Assembly (NCBI GenBank): GCA_973895155.1
Contig: OZ316891.1
Span: forward strand, 27,129,461-27,193,460
Reading direction: 5' to 3'
DNA length: 64,000 bases
DNA from: Marsupella aquatica
Taxonomy: Eukaryota; Plantae; Marchantiophyta
Position 1 is the stretch's first letter. Every line of letters starts with the position of its first letter. The notes beneath the pieces are model-generated. The model ran no database searches. It was not told the DNA's origin and saw only the letters and a program-made list of their open reading frames with translations. Shown piece by piece: positions 1 through 13,039 of this stretch. Both the position numbers and the translations under genes were made by a program.

Positions 1-695
1 TAGTTAGGCTCCTTCTATCTACTGTGGGGAAGACACCTTTGATCATGTTGCATACTTTCCTCCTGTGTCAGACTCTATGGTGCATTTGGCTGGCCAGGAA
101 TGGTCAGACTTTCGACAGATCCAAACCAAGGACTTTTAATCAGCTGCTGGTCTTCTCCAAAGCTCTTGATCATCTACATGCAATTGCTTCAGCATCACCA
201 ATGAGTAGGAAACATTGGTGACTCACTCAGGCCAAACTGCTATTGGAACGAGAACAAAGCAGAATTCTGGGTAGCGGAGTCCGACATACTGTTACACATT
301 AATGAGCTGTGGTTCTTTGGTCCTACCAATTTTGTCTTAAACCCTTGTACGGGACACTTGCTTCTGGTTTCAGTACTTGGTAGACCTCACTCTTTAGAAG
401 AGTAGTTGCCACCAGTGTTTACTTTTAGTCTACTGTAGTTCAAGTCTCCATTAGGCTTCACCGGAGACTTCTTTAGTACTGCCACGAGTTGCTGATTTTG
501 TCCTGCATGGGCACAGAGTAGCTTGGCTCTAGTTATACTTTAGACGCTACCATCCATTGTATTACTTACTTTTGGTGGATGGATATCTTTTCACCTTCGG
601 GGCTATTTTTTTCCGCACTTGCTGGCCTGCCTGTTTCCCCCATCCGTGGGGTTCACGCGGAATAAAAGTTCATATTAAAAATAAATTAAAAAACA
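1..695 (+). mobile_element. 3' end of a degenerate L1/Tx1-like LINE (C-terminal ORF2 fragment, 3' UTR, A-rich tail)
   Basis: ORF 24-221 contains LWCIWLARNGQTFD, matching the W-x-I-W-x-x-R-N-x-x-x-F motif at the end of plant LINE ORF2. AATAAA lies at 661, followed by an A-rich tract to ~695. Confidence 0.6.
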
Positions 696-1984
696 ACTTG
701 ATCAACACTTGATTGTAAGAGTCAGATACTTAGAAATATGAATCTTGTCAAATTCCCTCTTTTTGTTTAAACCACTGCTGTCCATATAAAAGGAGAAGTG
801 TCCAAGATTTCTCACCTCTAGGGTGAAACTTTGCTCCACAATTTCAGGAAAATGATACTAAAAATGGTGAAACCTGGTGGATCCAGGTTTTGTCATGGAT
901 AGTGGCGCTTTAAGGGACCTAGTTCAAAGGTCTATATTTAGTGCTTTAGACCAGGTCATATTTAGTAGACCTCCTTAAAAGAATAGTTGTAGCATCTTCA
1001 TAAGCGGTAGGAGAGCGGATCAAAATGCCTGCATGAACACCTTCAAGGTACTCAATGTAAGCAGAAATGTGCATATTCACAACTTGATTTTGTTCAACCT
1101 TGCAAGCTTTGAGAAGACCAGTTTTGGTTTATTTCATTGGCATTTCACAACTCGGCATCAACGAAGAATCAATGGCACCTTGATTTTGCCAACATAAACT
1201 CAGGGGCCACAATGTAAAAAAATTGGGGGTTATCACAAAGTTAACATTGTTTCATCTACAAATGTATGATTGCGCCCTCAAGAATGTATTATTTCGAGTG
1301 AGGTCACTATTTGGGGTTGTTACTTCACTTTGAGGGTTTCTGGTGGATACTGTTGGGGTTTTGTGAAAAGATTGAAAGTATGATGACTAAAATTGTAAGT
1401 GGAGGTTTGTGCCTTCATTAGGCCTGTCCATTACCTAGGGTTTGAGTAGCCAATGGTTTTTCCAATTATTCTTCATGTCAAATTGCTATTGGTTTGGGGA
1501 ATTTTGCGATTAGTATAGGAAGAAGGAGGACTGCAAATCTTCCCAAAGTCATAACACTCGAGACCTGGGTAACTGTGGGAGAGGAGTACTTTCTCCTCCT
1601 CTATTGTGGCCCTGTGTGCCACAATAGATGGAAAGATCAATTTTGTGGTTAGCAAAGTGATGGAGGTGACGGTTTGGATGTCAAGAAATTTTCAATCGGG
1701 AAAGTTTTGCAAGCTCTGTTGTTCAAGGGTAGGAAGGGGAGGTCAAAGCTCTTCCAAGGGGACACCAAGCGGATGGAGGCTATGGGTGAGAAACATTGAT
1801 TTTGTAGGGAGAGTGTGGTGTTGGGGATTTGAAGGTGTGGCACTTGTGCCAAAAGTGTAAGCTAGCTATGGTGGTAAGTTGAAGGTAGTAGGGATTGAAT
1901 AAAAGTTGAGTATGACTTGCTACCTTATTAGTTATTAGTCACTAAGAACTATGAAATGACTAACACATATATGTCATGTTAGTC

Positions 1985-2640
1985 ACTCTGCCCTCAAAAA
2001 GGGTTGTGGGGGCAAAGTGGCATAACTAGTGGCTCACTCAAGGTTGAAAAGTACTCCCTTGGACAAATCACTCCAAAGTCATACAACTTGGGAGAGTTTT
2101 GCCAAAAGTTGGGTTATGCCCTTCCATGGTGCAAAACATGGCCCTCAAAAAGGGTGGTGGAGGCAAAGTGGTATAACTAGTGGTGCAAGGTTGTCGAGTA
2201 CCCTACCCCGCATCACATGAAGTAAGTAGCATCCTTAATGGTTGGCCTGTATGATCACCAATATGACCAATCAACTGCCCAAGGCCCCAAACAATCATTT
2301 AATCTATGGCATGCATGACTTGCGCATTGACATAAACAATGACTTGGTTTTGTGTCATTTGCATGAATGACGTCTCGAGACATTGCACAAATGACCAAAA
2401 ACAATTAGTCATGCACATAAATGACTCAAAATCCCTTGGGAATGACCAAATAGGAGTGATTTGTATTCCCGTGGACAAATCACTCCAAAGTCATACAACT
2501 TGGGAGTGTTTTGCCCAAAGTTAGGTGATGCCCTTCCATGGTGAAAAAGTTGGATCATATCAAATATTTTGAGGCCAAAGTGGGGTAACTAGTGGCCCAA
2601 GGGTCTTGAGTACCCTATCCTGCATCATTGGGGTGAGTAG
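1985..2640. repeat. Degenerate dispersed direct repeats, probably a decayed transposon subterminal region
   Basis: ggacaaatcactccaaagtcatacaacttgg at ~2061 and ~2472; ccctcaaaaagggt(t/g)gtgg(g/a)ggcaaagtgg(c/t)ataactagtgg at ~1991 and ~2142, with a partial third copy near 2570-2600. Confidence 0.6.
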
Positions 2641-3373
2641 CTTCCTTATGGTTGAAACCCTACCACTAATATTGCCAATCAGGCGCCAGAGGCACCAACA
2701 AGTCATATTGTGCATGGCTTGGATGACCACAATATTGACATCAGAATTGATTTATTTTCATGTCATTTGCATAAATGACGTATCAAATAGCAATTGTCAA
2801 ATGGCTAGAAAGTTCAGTCACATGACAAATCACTTGGAGTTCCTTGAAAATGACACAATTAAGCATGTTGCCATCAGCAAATTTGGAGCCCTAGTCTAGT
2901 ACTTAAACCCTTAACCTTACACCCTAAACCTACGCCACAGAGTATTCTTTGGTTCCAAAAATATGGCAGATTATAAACAAAATTGGGACTAAGGTCTCGT
3001 CAACGCTAGCACACAAAGTCAAATTATCGGAAGGAAGTTGAGCAATCCATCGTGGTTACTCTAGAGAAGCCTTTTACACTTCCGTGCCATGCTGAGACAT
3101 CGGCGAAGGAGGTTGATGAAGCTCCTATGGAAGAGGCATATGCAGGGAAAGCTTGCACCTATGGTTTGTGGGAAGGCCATTGATCAAACGAGCTTGCATG
3201 TATCCCTGTACTCTACAAAGGCCACAAGAAGGTGTATAACTTGGAACTTATGGAGTGATAACACTGACTCAGTCTTTGGCTCAAATGGGTTCAAGTAAAA
3301 ATACCTACAGTACTTAGTAGAGATGCACCTTTCATTTGTAAAATGTTCATATAGTCTCTAAATGTAATGAATA

Positions 3374-3555
3374 TGTGATAGTTGCTATAACATCAGTGTT
3401 CACCAACACAATCATATCATGTATTATGCCTGGAAAGGTATATATGAGGAACATTGGAGGGAGGTTATGTAACTGCTCCCTAACCTCAGGTGGCTTAACT
3501 AGAGGTCAAACTAACCTGGGGTAGTTGACTAGGGTTTAATCTACATGGTATAACA
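3374..3555 (-). repeat. Putative short 3' LTR of the copia element, preceded by a polypurine tract
   Basis: On the minus strand, purine-rich aagggaaag is immediately followed by TGTTATA (starting at 3555). The segment ends in TATCACA (3374), a near-inverse of the start. No partner LTR is in the window. Confidence 0.55.
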
Positions 3556-5112
3556 CTTTCCCTTGGGGATTTTATGGGTTTATAAAATGCCCACTATTTA
3601 TGTAGAGTTAAAAACCCTATGTGAATTGGATGGTCCCTATTAAAGTATGGCCTCATCAAACCCTTCCTGCTTTCTTCAAAAGGGAAGAGTACCACTACTA
3701 TACATGGTATAGGGCCATAATATGAAAGTGTTTGACTAGTAATGTAAGGTGCCTCTACTGTAAATTTTGGTTGTCTACTATTGTGGTGAGTTCCGATTAT
3801 TGTTTTGAAGAGTCGGGTGTTGGATGTGAAATGTCATTCGGATGAGTGCGGTGACTATTCTGGAGGTCTTAGGGCAAGATTCAGTCACAAAGAGCACAGT
3901 AATAGTTCGCGGATTTGTGAGAAGGTAGAATCAATTGGAGCCTGGTTGCGATGTGTTGGCGATCCTATGCCGGTGTCAATCATATGTGGGAAGGCTTTGA
4001 GTGTGTTTCATGCATCAAAATCGCTGTTGGTGACTGGGTATTTCTTGGATCGACTGATTTCCTGCTGGCTGGTTATATTGTTGATTTTTTGGGTGGCGAT
4101 GATTGCGGCAACTGGGCTAGAGGAGTGCCAGACGGATAAGGTGTGTGGTTTCTGATTTTGTTGCTGTAGACGTCCCATGTTTGGTGTCTGGTTTGCTTGA
4201 ATGAGTTTGATTGTAGTTCCTTTGCTCCTTCTGTCCTTCTTGTGCTGATTCTCAATGGAGTGTCCTGCAGTATGGTATGGTTGATTTAGGTCTGTGTGAT
4301 CCAGTTTGATATGATATAAGATGATGGAAATTTCCGTCTTTGTGAAGTCTTTGTCGGTGCGTCGTCTATGGCCGCTTACTAAATGTATAAATGGCCATGG
4401 TTTCACTTTTGATCCCTTGGGGTTGCTCAAGCAAATGTGATTCAGTGGTCTCCTGCTTGAAGATCAAGATTTAGTCTCTGTTTGTTGATGGTTAGTGTTT
4501 TAATTTTCTCGTTTGAGAAGTGTTGAAAGTTGTCTCATACCAATTCCGAGTGTATGTTCCTTGTGGAGGGCTGGTGGTAAAGGTTAATTTGGTGAATAGA
4601 TCGACTCTACTCTCCTTGCTTGGTATCCATTCAACCTTTATCTTGTCTCCATGTTGTTCGTGGGTATAATGTTTTTTGGTGCAATATGTTTAATTCTGTC
4701 CCCTTTAATGAAGCCTTGTGTAATCTGGTCTACACATGGCCAATTGTCTTCATAAATCACTGTTGGCTTCTGAATGAGCTGTTGGCTTGTGTTCTGGTTT
4801 ATATGATCTATAAGTTGTCTCAGCCAGATACATTCCCGACTTGCCTCATAGAGTGCAATTGTTTTTGCGTGATTCGATGATGTGGTTGTCAAAGTCTGCT
4901 TCAAACTTCGCCAGGATATTGCGGTGGTGCCCTGTAGGAAAACGTATCCTGTCTGTGATTTTGAGTCGTCTGGATCAGATAGTTTGTTTGTTGTATGTGT
5001 GGGGAAGAATAGGCCAAGATCAATTGTCCCCTTTAGGTATCTGGAAATCCTTTTGATCCCATTCCAATGTCGTATTGTGGGTTGGGAGCTGTGGCGGGCC
5101 AAGAGATTTACG

Positions 5113-5736
5113 CTTGGGGGAACCACGTGCAATCCAAAATAGGTATTTTTGATAAAAATTAACTAAATTTTTAAAAAGTGTAGGAGGCAAAAGAAGGTAT
5201 TATAAACTAATGTTCATAGAATATTCTCTAATATATACCTTTTATAAAATAAAATAGGTTATTAATATAAAAATAGAATATTTTCTAATATATACCTTTT
5301 ATAAAATAAAATAGGTTATTAATATAAAAAATAGAAAATTTTCTTGAAATATTTTCTTTATAAAATAGGAAACATTGGTACGAACTAAAGGCCCACACTT
5401 CATTGTATAATATATTTAATCTTTAAGGAACGCAATGGGAGGGGCAAAGCTAGCTATGAAAGACCCGGACGGGGGTCCCCCCCGGCCTCCCCGTCAGAGA
5501 GCCGATGGGCGGCAGCTATCGCTTCGGTTATTTTTTTTGTTCCCGAGGTCCGAAGCTCTCGACCAGCGGGAGAGTTCTTTTATGTCGGAGAAAAGGCCCG
5601 AAAACCAGGCTCTACCCGCCCACCTGACTTTTTCAGGAGCTTCACGGTGCACCAGCGCCTATTACAATAGGTCTATTTATATTAGGCTAAGATCACACAT
5701 GGTACCCCAAAATATACACTTAGTTAACCTCCCGAG
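5113..5736. mobile_element. hAT-type non-autonomous element (MITE) inserted in the copia RT
   Basis: 8-bp TSD gatttacg (5105-5112) / gatttatg (5737-5744). Ends are CTTGGGGG...CCTCCCGAG. The AT-rich body is closely similar to the copy at 50659-50950. It splits the RT motif DISFA(I/V)NLLAR. Confidence 0.85.
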
Positions 5737-8700
5737 GATTTATGGCAAATGATATGTCGGGGCGTGTTTGATTGGCAAGGTACATCAGTGCTCCTATTGC
5801 TGACAGGTATGGCTTCTCTGGTCCCAACGTCTGCTCATTCTCAATTTGGCTCTTGAATGTGTCCTTGGTCGGGTCTAGTGATCTGAGTTCCATTGGTGTG
5901 CTCACGGGGTGTGCACTGTCCATATTGAATTGTTTCAATATCTTTCGTGTATATGTTGCTTGATTGATCAATATCCCGTCCTGCAAGTAGTCATAATGAA
6001 GTCCCAAGCAATACTTGGGTTCACCAAGATCTCAAATTTCAAATGTATTTTTAAGTGTTGCAATTGTTTCTGTAATAATTCATGGTGTGCCAAATATATT
6101 TATATCGTCTACATAGATTGCCACTATTATGTATTCATTTCCTGTTTGTTTCATGAATAGGCATGGAGCGATATCATTGTTTATAAAGTTCAGAGCTAAC
6201 ATTTTGGCCTTGAGCTTTTTGTACCAGGTTTGGCCGCTTTGTTTTAACCCGTACATGGACCTGAGAACTTGTACAACAAATTCTTTTGGTTTGTTCTGTG
6301 TAGCAGACTTTTTGTTTTGTTTTATGGGTTGTCTAACCTGCTCCTTTCGTGGCATTAACATTTGTTCTTTAGGAACTATAGGTTTGTTTGCATGCATGAT
6401 GAGAAATTCAGTAGGAAGTCTCTGTGATGTCTTAGATTGTAGATCTTCTATGGTTGTGCCATTTCTCCCCCCTGAATATGGAAAGCTATGCGCTTAATCA
6501 ATTTGGGTGGTGCTTTCATATAGATGGTGGTGTCCAATATGCCATACAAGTAGGCTGTCACCACATCTTGGATGTGTAGCATCAGGTTGTGGGCTATTGC
6601 AAATGCAATCATATATTGGTATGTGATGGAGTCCATCATTGGAGAGTAGGTCTGGTCAAAGTCTCGGCCTGGTATCTGGGTGTAGCCCTTCGCGACCAGC
6701 CGTGCTTTGTATCTGATGACCTCTCCTTTTGCATTCCTTTTCCTTATGAATGTAAATTTTTACCCTGTGAGTGTTGTGTTGGGCGGAGCTGGTATTACTG
6801 GTCCGAAGACCTCTCTCTTGATTAAGGAGTCCAACTCAGAGTTTATTGTTGTTTCCCACAACGGCCAATCACTCCTCGATTGTGCTTCTTTTACTGATGT
6901 GGGGTCAGGTGTTTCATTTGTGATATCCTGTGATATGTTGAATGCAAATATGTCGTCTACCACTGTGTGATATTTATGCCATATTTTTCCTCTGTGTGTG
7001 TAATTTATGGCAATTTCTTCATTGTTGGTTTGTGGTGTTGAGGTTGGTTCTAGTATTACCACTTGTGTTGTTGATGTTGTTGGTGTGGCAGAAGGTCTCA
7101 GTTGTCTTGGTTGGCTATCCCTCGATCCTGGTGGTCATCCCCTTTTAGCTCGTGGTATTGCATATGTGGCAAGTTGGCTGAGTACATTGATTCTTGCTGG
7201 TACAGTTGCGGCCTCCGCGGGATCGGGTTACAGTTGTTGCATTGTTAAATGCATCGGGTAATTTCTCCAGTATCTGGTGGAGGTGAAGTATCTGTCTTAC
7301 TTCTTTGTCAGCTTGTCTCGTACGTGGGTCTTGCCCTAGTGGATGTGTGGTGTTCCACTGTATTGCTTTTGTTTTTGGCAGCTGCAGTTTCTCATTGGTT
7401 GCCAGGTGTGGGAACTCTTCCTCAAAAAAGTTGCAATCTAAGAATCTCGCTTTAAAAACGTCTGTGGTTGATGGTTCTAGGAAACGGATAATTGATGGTG
7501 AGTTGAATCCTATGTAGATTCCCCTTTGGCGTTGGGGGCCCATCTTAGCTTGTTTTGGGCCCAGTATCGGTACTAGGACGAGGCAGCCAAATGTGCGAAG
7601 GTGTGAGATGTCTGGTGGGATGCCAAATGCCAGGTGATGTGGTGTTTGTGAGTTGAATGCGGATGGGCGGTATCTCAATAGTGAAGTTGCATGTAGAATT
7701 GTGTGGCCCCATCATGCTGTGGTTGGTAGTTTAGTCTACATCAAGAGGGGTCTAGCGATGAGTTGTAGTCTTTTAATCATCAATTCCGCTATGCCATTCT
7801 GGAAGTGCGCATGTGGGACTGGGTATTGTGTGTCTATGCCCTCTGTTTTGCAGAATTTGTCAAAGGTTTTGGAGGTGAATTCACCTGCATTGTCTACCCT
7901 GAGTGTTTTAATTGGGTTTCCAGGGAACTGCAGTCTCAATTTTAGTATATGTGAGAGTAATCTAGGGAAAACTAAGTTTCATGTCAAGAGTAATGAAACC
8001 TGGGACCATTTTGACAAAGCGTCAATGATGGCCAGGAAGAATCGGAAAGGCCAGCTGGGGGGTCTATTGGTCCGCATACGTCTGCATGTATCCATTCTAG
8101 GAATTGTGGTATTGTTTGTACTATTTTGGGGATTCTTGGTCAGGTAATTAATTTACCCTGTGAGCACTAGACATTGTTTTGTAAGTGCTGATGGGTGGAC
8201 ACTTGGTGGGATTCCAACAATGTTTTTGAGTATATGGTGGTACATGGTAGTACTACCTGGGTGGCCTAGGCAGATATGCCAAGTCTTGGTTGGGTTTAAT
8301 GTTGTGAGCTCTGTGGTGAAGGCATAAATGTGGGTGGCATACAGTCCTGGTGGGTGTATTTGTAAGGCTTCTCTAATTTTTGTTCCTACTTTTGTTTTTT
8401 CTGTTATATGTAGGGCCTCCCCCCCAAGGGCCCAAGCTTGTGCTTATGTGCAGGTTATTTGCGTGTATGTCTCTAAAGCTGATCAGGTTTCTTGTTGCTC
8501 TGGGTGCATATATGGCGGAGGGTATATTTATAGTTGTCCCTTGGGGGAAACAAATTGTGGCTGGGCCGTTCCCTACTTCAATGTAGTTTTGGCCAGTGAT
8601 AGTGGTTAATGCTCTGTTGGATTGGATAATGTTGTGGAAGAATCCCTTTGTCCAGAGGATGGAGTGGGATGTTCCACTGTCCACTATGCAATTGGTTGCT

Positions 8701-9435
8701 CCGGTTGAGGTTTGGTGTCCCAGGTTGGCTGTATGAGTTTTTGTTGGTTTCAAGTATCGTTTATATATGTGTCAATGTCTCTTGGGATTTCCATGAAGTT
8801 CCCTTGTGGTTCATAGTCATATTTGTTTATGCTGTCTTGGTATAGCTTTTAAACTAGATGTGCAAGTGCTCTGCAGTGTTTTTGTATATGTCCTGTTGTA
8901 CTGCATCGGAAGCAGGTGGGGGGTGATGGCTTAACTCTTGATTGGTTTGTGTAGCTGATGCCACGTCCATGGCCTCGGCCCCCTCTGCTCGTCCAGGTGT
9001 GGCTCCGGGTTTGGTCATTTATTCCTGCCTCTCCCTCGGCCTCTAAATCCTAGGTTTCTGCCACGGTTTAATGGTCGTCCTCGGCTCCCCCTGAAGTTTC
9101 CTCTGCCTCTCCCTCTATATCTATTGTATGTTTCTATTGTGTGTGACTCTAGTTTAGGTGGTGGGGGTGCACTTCCGGGGGGTCTCATCTTGGCATTTTG
9201 GAGGAGCAGTATTTGGTGTTTCTCCGCTAGGAGCATGTGGGCTATCAACTGTGAGTAAGTGGTAAAGTTCATATTCCTGTACTGGGCTGATGACACTAGG
9301 TTTGTGGCATTGAATGTGGATAGAGTTTTTTCAATTTGTTTGTCGTGATCGGTGATTGGGATTCCGCATACCGCTAGTTGTGATGTTATCCTAAATAACT
9401 CACTGTTGTAATTTGCCACTGATGTATAGTCCTGG

Positions 9436-12400
9436 TGTCGCGCCACTAACCCGGGCCTTAAACCGGGTTAACTTGCCGGTGCACAACCAACCTCCAGTAA
9501 GGGTGAGGGTTTGGGCAAGGAGGAGTGTAGTGCCCTTAATTAGCCTAAGTCAGACTATATATAGGTACCGGTATAATACTTACACAACCATCACAGACAT
9601 CACAGGTATATTTGGTTTCCACCACTGGAAGGATCCTATAGTCAGTGACTTGGACTAACTCCCGGCTTGGGGATTTTCAAGCCATCGCCGCAACCAGAAC
9701 TTGAAGCATACGCTTCTTGACAATCCCAACCATTAGTCCGCACCCGGTACGTCCCTTGAATGGTGCCTTTGTCAAGGCAAGGCATACATGCAACACAAAC
9801 TACTCGCAAAAATATTGGGGGAAAGACAAGGTTTACTCAGATAAGAAGAACCATTTTACACAGTTGACTCAACTTCTAAGTGATCGGCGGGCCTAATGGC
9901 AGTCGATGCCTAGTCTCTACAAGACCCTGTCTTGCACTTGCCCAACAAGGTCGACTTTGGCTCTCACTCCTTAGTGTTCCCCAATTATCCTACTCAGGCC
10001 GTGACTCCCCGTGCGCCATTCTTCTCCTAACTGAAATACACCACTAGCTTCTCCCCCTTCACTAGCGGAAGGGGGAACCTAAATATTGTTTTCCAAGGAG
10101 GGTGGAGATGCTACCTCCCTTGGCCACGGCCTACCTGACTAACTACTTACTGACGCGGTTGATCGCCTGTCGACTGTCCTATTGACAGTCAATGGCAAGG
10201 GTCGCTGACTGCGGCACTAACACCTAAGTCCTATTGTCAGTCGTTCTAGCCAGTTGATTGCCGCCTATCCTATGCTGGATGATGCTAACTAACTTGTCCT
10301 AATCTCGCCTACCATGCCGCTAATTGGCGCCTAACAACAACTACTCTACCACTACGATTAACCCAAAAAGATACCCTGGCTCACCGGTTGCACTGTGTAG
10401 CCGCCTGATCGCCCCCAGTGCTAACCACCCCTCCCATGCGTCACGCCGTTGGTCTAGGGTTTGTCCCCTTGTCAGGTCGGGGCCTCCAGCCGCCTTGATT
10501 AGAGGCGTTTCTCGCCTTGCTCCACTGGCTTATTAGTAGGGTAATCCGCTCTTGTAAGACCTTGTTATCCCACATTGCCTCCTCTACTTAATTGGAGACG
10601 TCGCCCACCTCCGAGTTGAGCTGGCCGATTGTTTGAAGGTCGGCCTGGTTTTGGGCCAACAACTTATCCGATTGGCAGTGACAATATTGACCTGCTAGGC
10701 AGCTTGAACAAACTGGTTATTTAGGTTGGTCAGGCTATTAACCTGAGCCAAGGACTCCGTTTGAAGCTGGAGTACAGTGGTTTCGAGTCCCGTGACGTCA
10801 GCTTGAGCCTTAAGTAGCTCTTGGTTTAGTTCGTCCCGTTGTTGGGTGACATGGATTAACTCCTCCTCATGAGCGGTGGTTGCCTCCCCTAGTCGCTCCA
10901 CAATCATCTCGAGGTCCCCGATCTCATTCCCCTTGGCCATGAGTTCATCCTCCAGGCGGGTTACAATCCGCGGTTGGTGATCTAACATGAAGAAGGCCGG
11001 TTGGAAGTATTGGGCGACCTACTGCCCGATGTATGTCGCCAGTTCCCCCAATAGGTCCTAGCTAAACTTCTGGATTAGGTCGTGGGCCAAGGTCCCCGGA
11101 ACTACTCGGTAATCCTCCATTCTCTCGGGTAAGGGTATGTCCATGGTCGGAGTGACGACCTCCTTCGAAGTCTGCACTGGGGAAGGAATGGGTTCCTCAG
11201 GTGGTGGTGGAATCAGGGGTGGCTGCATTGGGGGCAGTGGGGGTTCAATGGCAGGGGATGGCGAGGGAGGCCCATTATTCATAATCATGGTGCCCAACAG
11301 AGTGGAGGGTGGAGGGGTAGTTTGAGGAACGGAGGGGTTGGGGTTTACCCGAGCCGTGGTAGTCGAGGCGCTTGGGGCAGTACATCCGGGGGTGGTGGCG
11401 GCATTTCTTGGAGCCAAGGTGGCCAGCCATATTCTTTCCTCTGGTCTCACGTTGCTATTTGTACCAGTCTAGGATGATTGCAATGTGAATCCCCAGGTAC
11501 GTCCTTCCCCCGATAGGCATGCCCGTCTGAGCTCGCTTGAGCTCTCCCCAAAACTGGCGGCTAAAGAATTGGGCCCAGTTCCACCGCTTATACTGCTCCA
11601 CTTGCACAATCGTACAAAAGGAAATCTTGGACTGGGGTTCAATCATGTGCAGGGTAGTCTGTATGAAGTTTACCCGCTCCATACAGGTTAGGTTGGTACA
11701 TGAGCCCTGTTTGTACCCATTGTCTGTCTTGCCTTCCGGTTTGTCCAGAGTTTGACCGGTGCCGGCCCAGTTGGCAGACAAAAGATCTGGGCCAATCGGT
11801 ACTTCGTGAGTGACAAGACTTGCCCTGATACCTTGGTGGCAGGCATGTCAATGTCAAAATTGGAGATGAACTTGTATATCTCCCTTGGCTCGGAGGTGGT
11901 GGGCCTCCAGTTCAGTTGAGCAAATTGCTCCAATTGATGCTCTTTGAGATAGTTCGCATGCGAAGGGTTCTTGATACCGGTCCAAACTACCTTGGGGACG
12001 CGGTTTACCTATAGCAAGTTTGGCTAACGGTAGTCCAAGGCCCTCTGGGACTGGGTGTTGGTTGGTCGGTTGGCCGGGGCTGGAGCTAGTGTGGGGGCAG
12101 TGTTAGGCCGCGTCGTCAGCTTCAGACCTGGCCTTGTCCTAGCCCACTTTTGGGGATGTTTCTCCAGCTGCGGACTAACCTATCCTCCAGAGCCTGACGA
12201 ACACTTGGTGTTGTCCACCGGACGGACTTGGGCCTGGCTTGGGGGTATGCGCTTGGCCGGAACTATAGGCTGGGTCTCGGGCCAGGTGGCAGCAAGCATG
12301 GGCGGAATAGCCATTTCCCAGTTGAAGGAGTTAGAGTTTTCTCCAAGGAATATTTGATTGCAAGCTGCTTCCCGCTGCCTGTTGATGTCTTCTTCTTGTT

Positions 12401-13039
12401 TTTTGGCCGCAATATGCAGGTCAATATAACCAGGAATCTTATCAAATTCTGTCATACTAACCTTCACATTCCTCTGGTTGAGTCTGCTTTCTTGGCTCAG
12501 TCGCTGCACCCAAGGCCCGACCAAAGGTCTGTGACCTCTCACAAAGAAGACACTGATCCCAACTAAATCTTGCCACAATATGTCCGCAACCTCCGACTTC
12601 CTTCAATAAAAGTGAGCTTCAACCAAGAGCGGCTACTACAAGGGAGCCCTGACGACATCCAAATGATCTAAGAAATGCAAAGTGGCAAATGGGCTGCCGT
12701 GCCATCGACTCGTGCTTTTATGGGGGTTCTTGGGTGAGCTCGGGCGCAAGGGTATCGAAGGCCATTAGCCGCCATTGTTTAATTTCAATTGATTGTCTTG
12801 GTCCAAGTGTGATTTGATACAACAAACTTTTACTCCACCGCCGCCATTGTACCGCGGACGATCGTAATAGTGCGCATCGTAATCGGTACTCATTAAATTG
12901 ACTAACCTATTCCTAGTCTAAACATGATTGCAAAAATGACTTCTTGTAACATCCTAACTATATGGGTACGGTCCTAATGACCGTATACGTTCTAATCTGA
13001 CGTTTACTTTATGTCAAGTGACATGTTGCCCGTGTCACA
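9436..13039 (-). mobile_element. 3.6-kb TG...CA insertion with 5-bp TSD in copia gag (solo LTR or LTR-derived element)
   Basis: CCTGG at 9431-9435 and 13040-13044. Ends are TGTCGCG...GTGTCACA. Removing it restores the gag frame (INLRV-QDYTSV). Strand is inferred from the internal ORF. Confidence 0.85.
10500..12650 (-). pseudogene. Disrupted long ORF inside the 3.6-kb insertion (globular region, Pro/Thr-rich linker, coiled coil); function unknown
   Basis: Consecutive minus-strand ORF pieces 12180-12578, 11688-11933, 11455-11781, 11058-11450 (Pro-rich) and 10695-10988 (heptad-like). No gag, RT or integrase motifs seen. Confidence 0.6.

Noticed and set aside
760-1860. Possible decayed minus-strand coding region (e.g. 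NMHISAYIEYLEGVHAGILIRSP)
   Set aside because: It reads like coding sequence but has many stops and no motif I can assign.
9431-9435. TSD CCTGG equals the core of the MULE palindrome
   Set aside because: It is native gag coding sequence (V-Q-D codons), and a 5-bp coincidence is uninformative.
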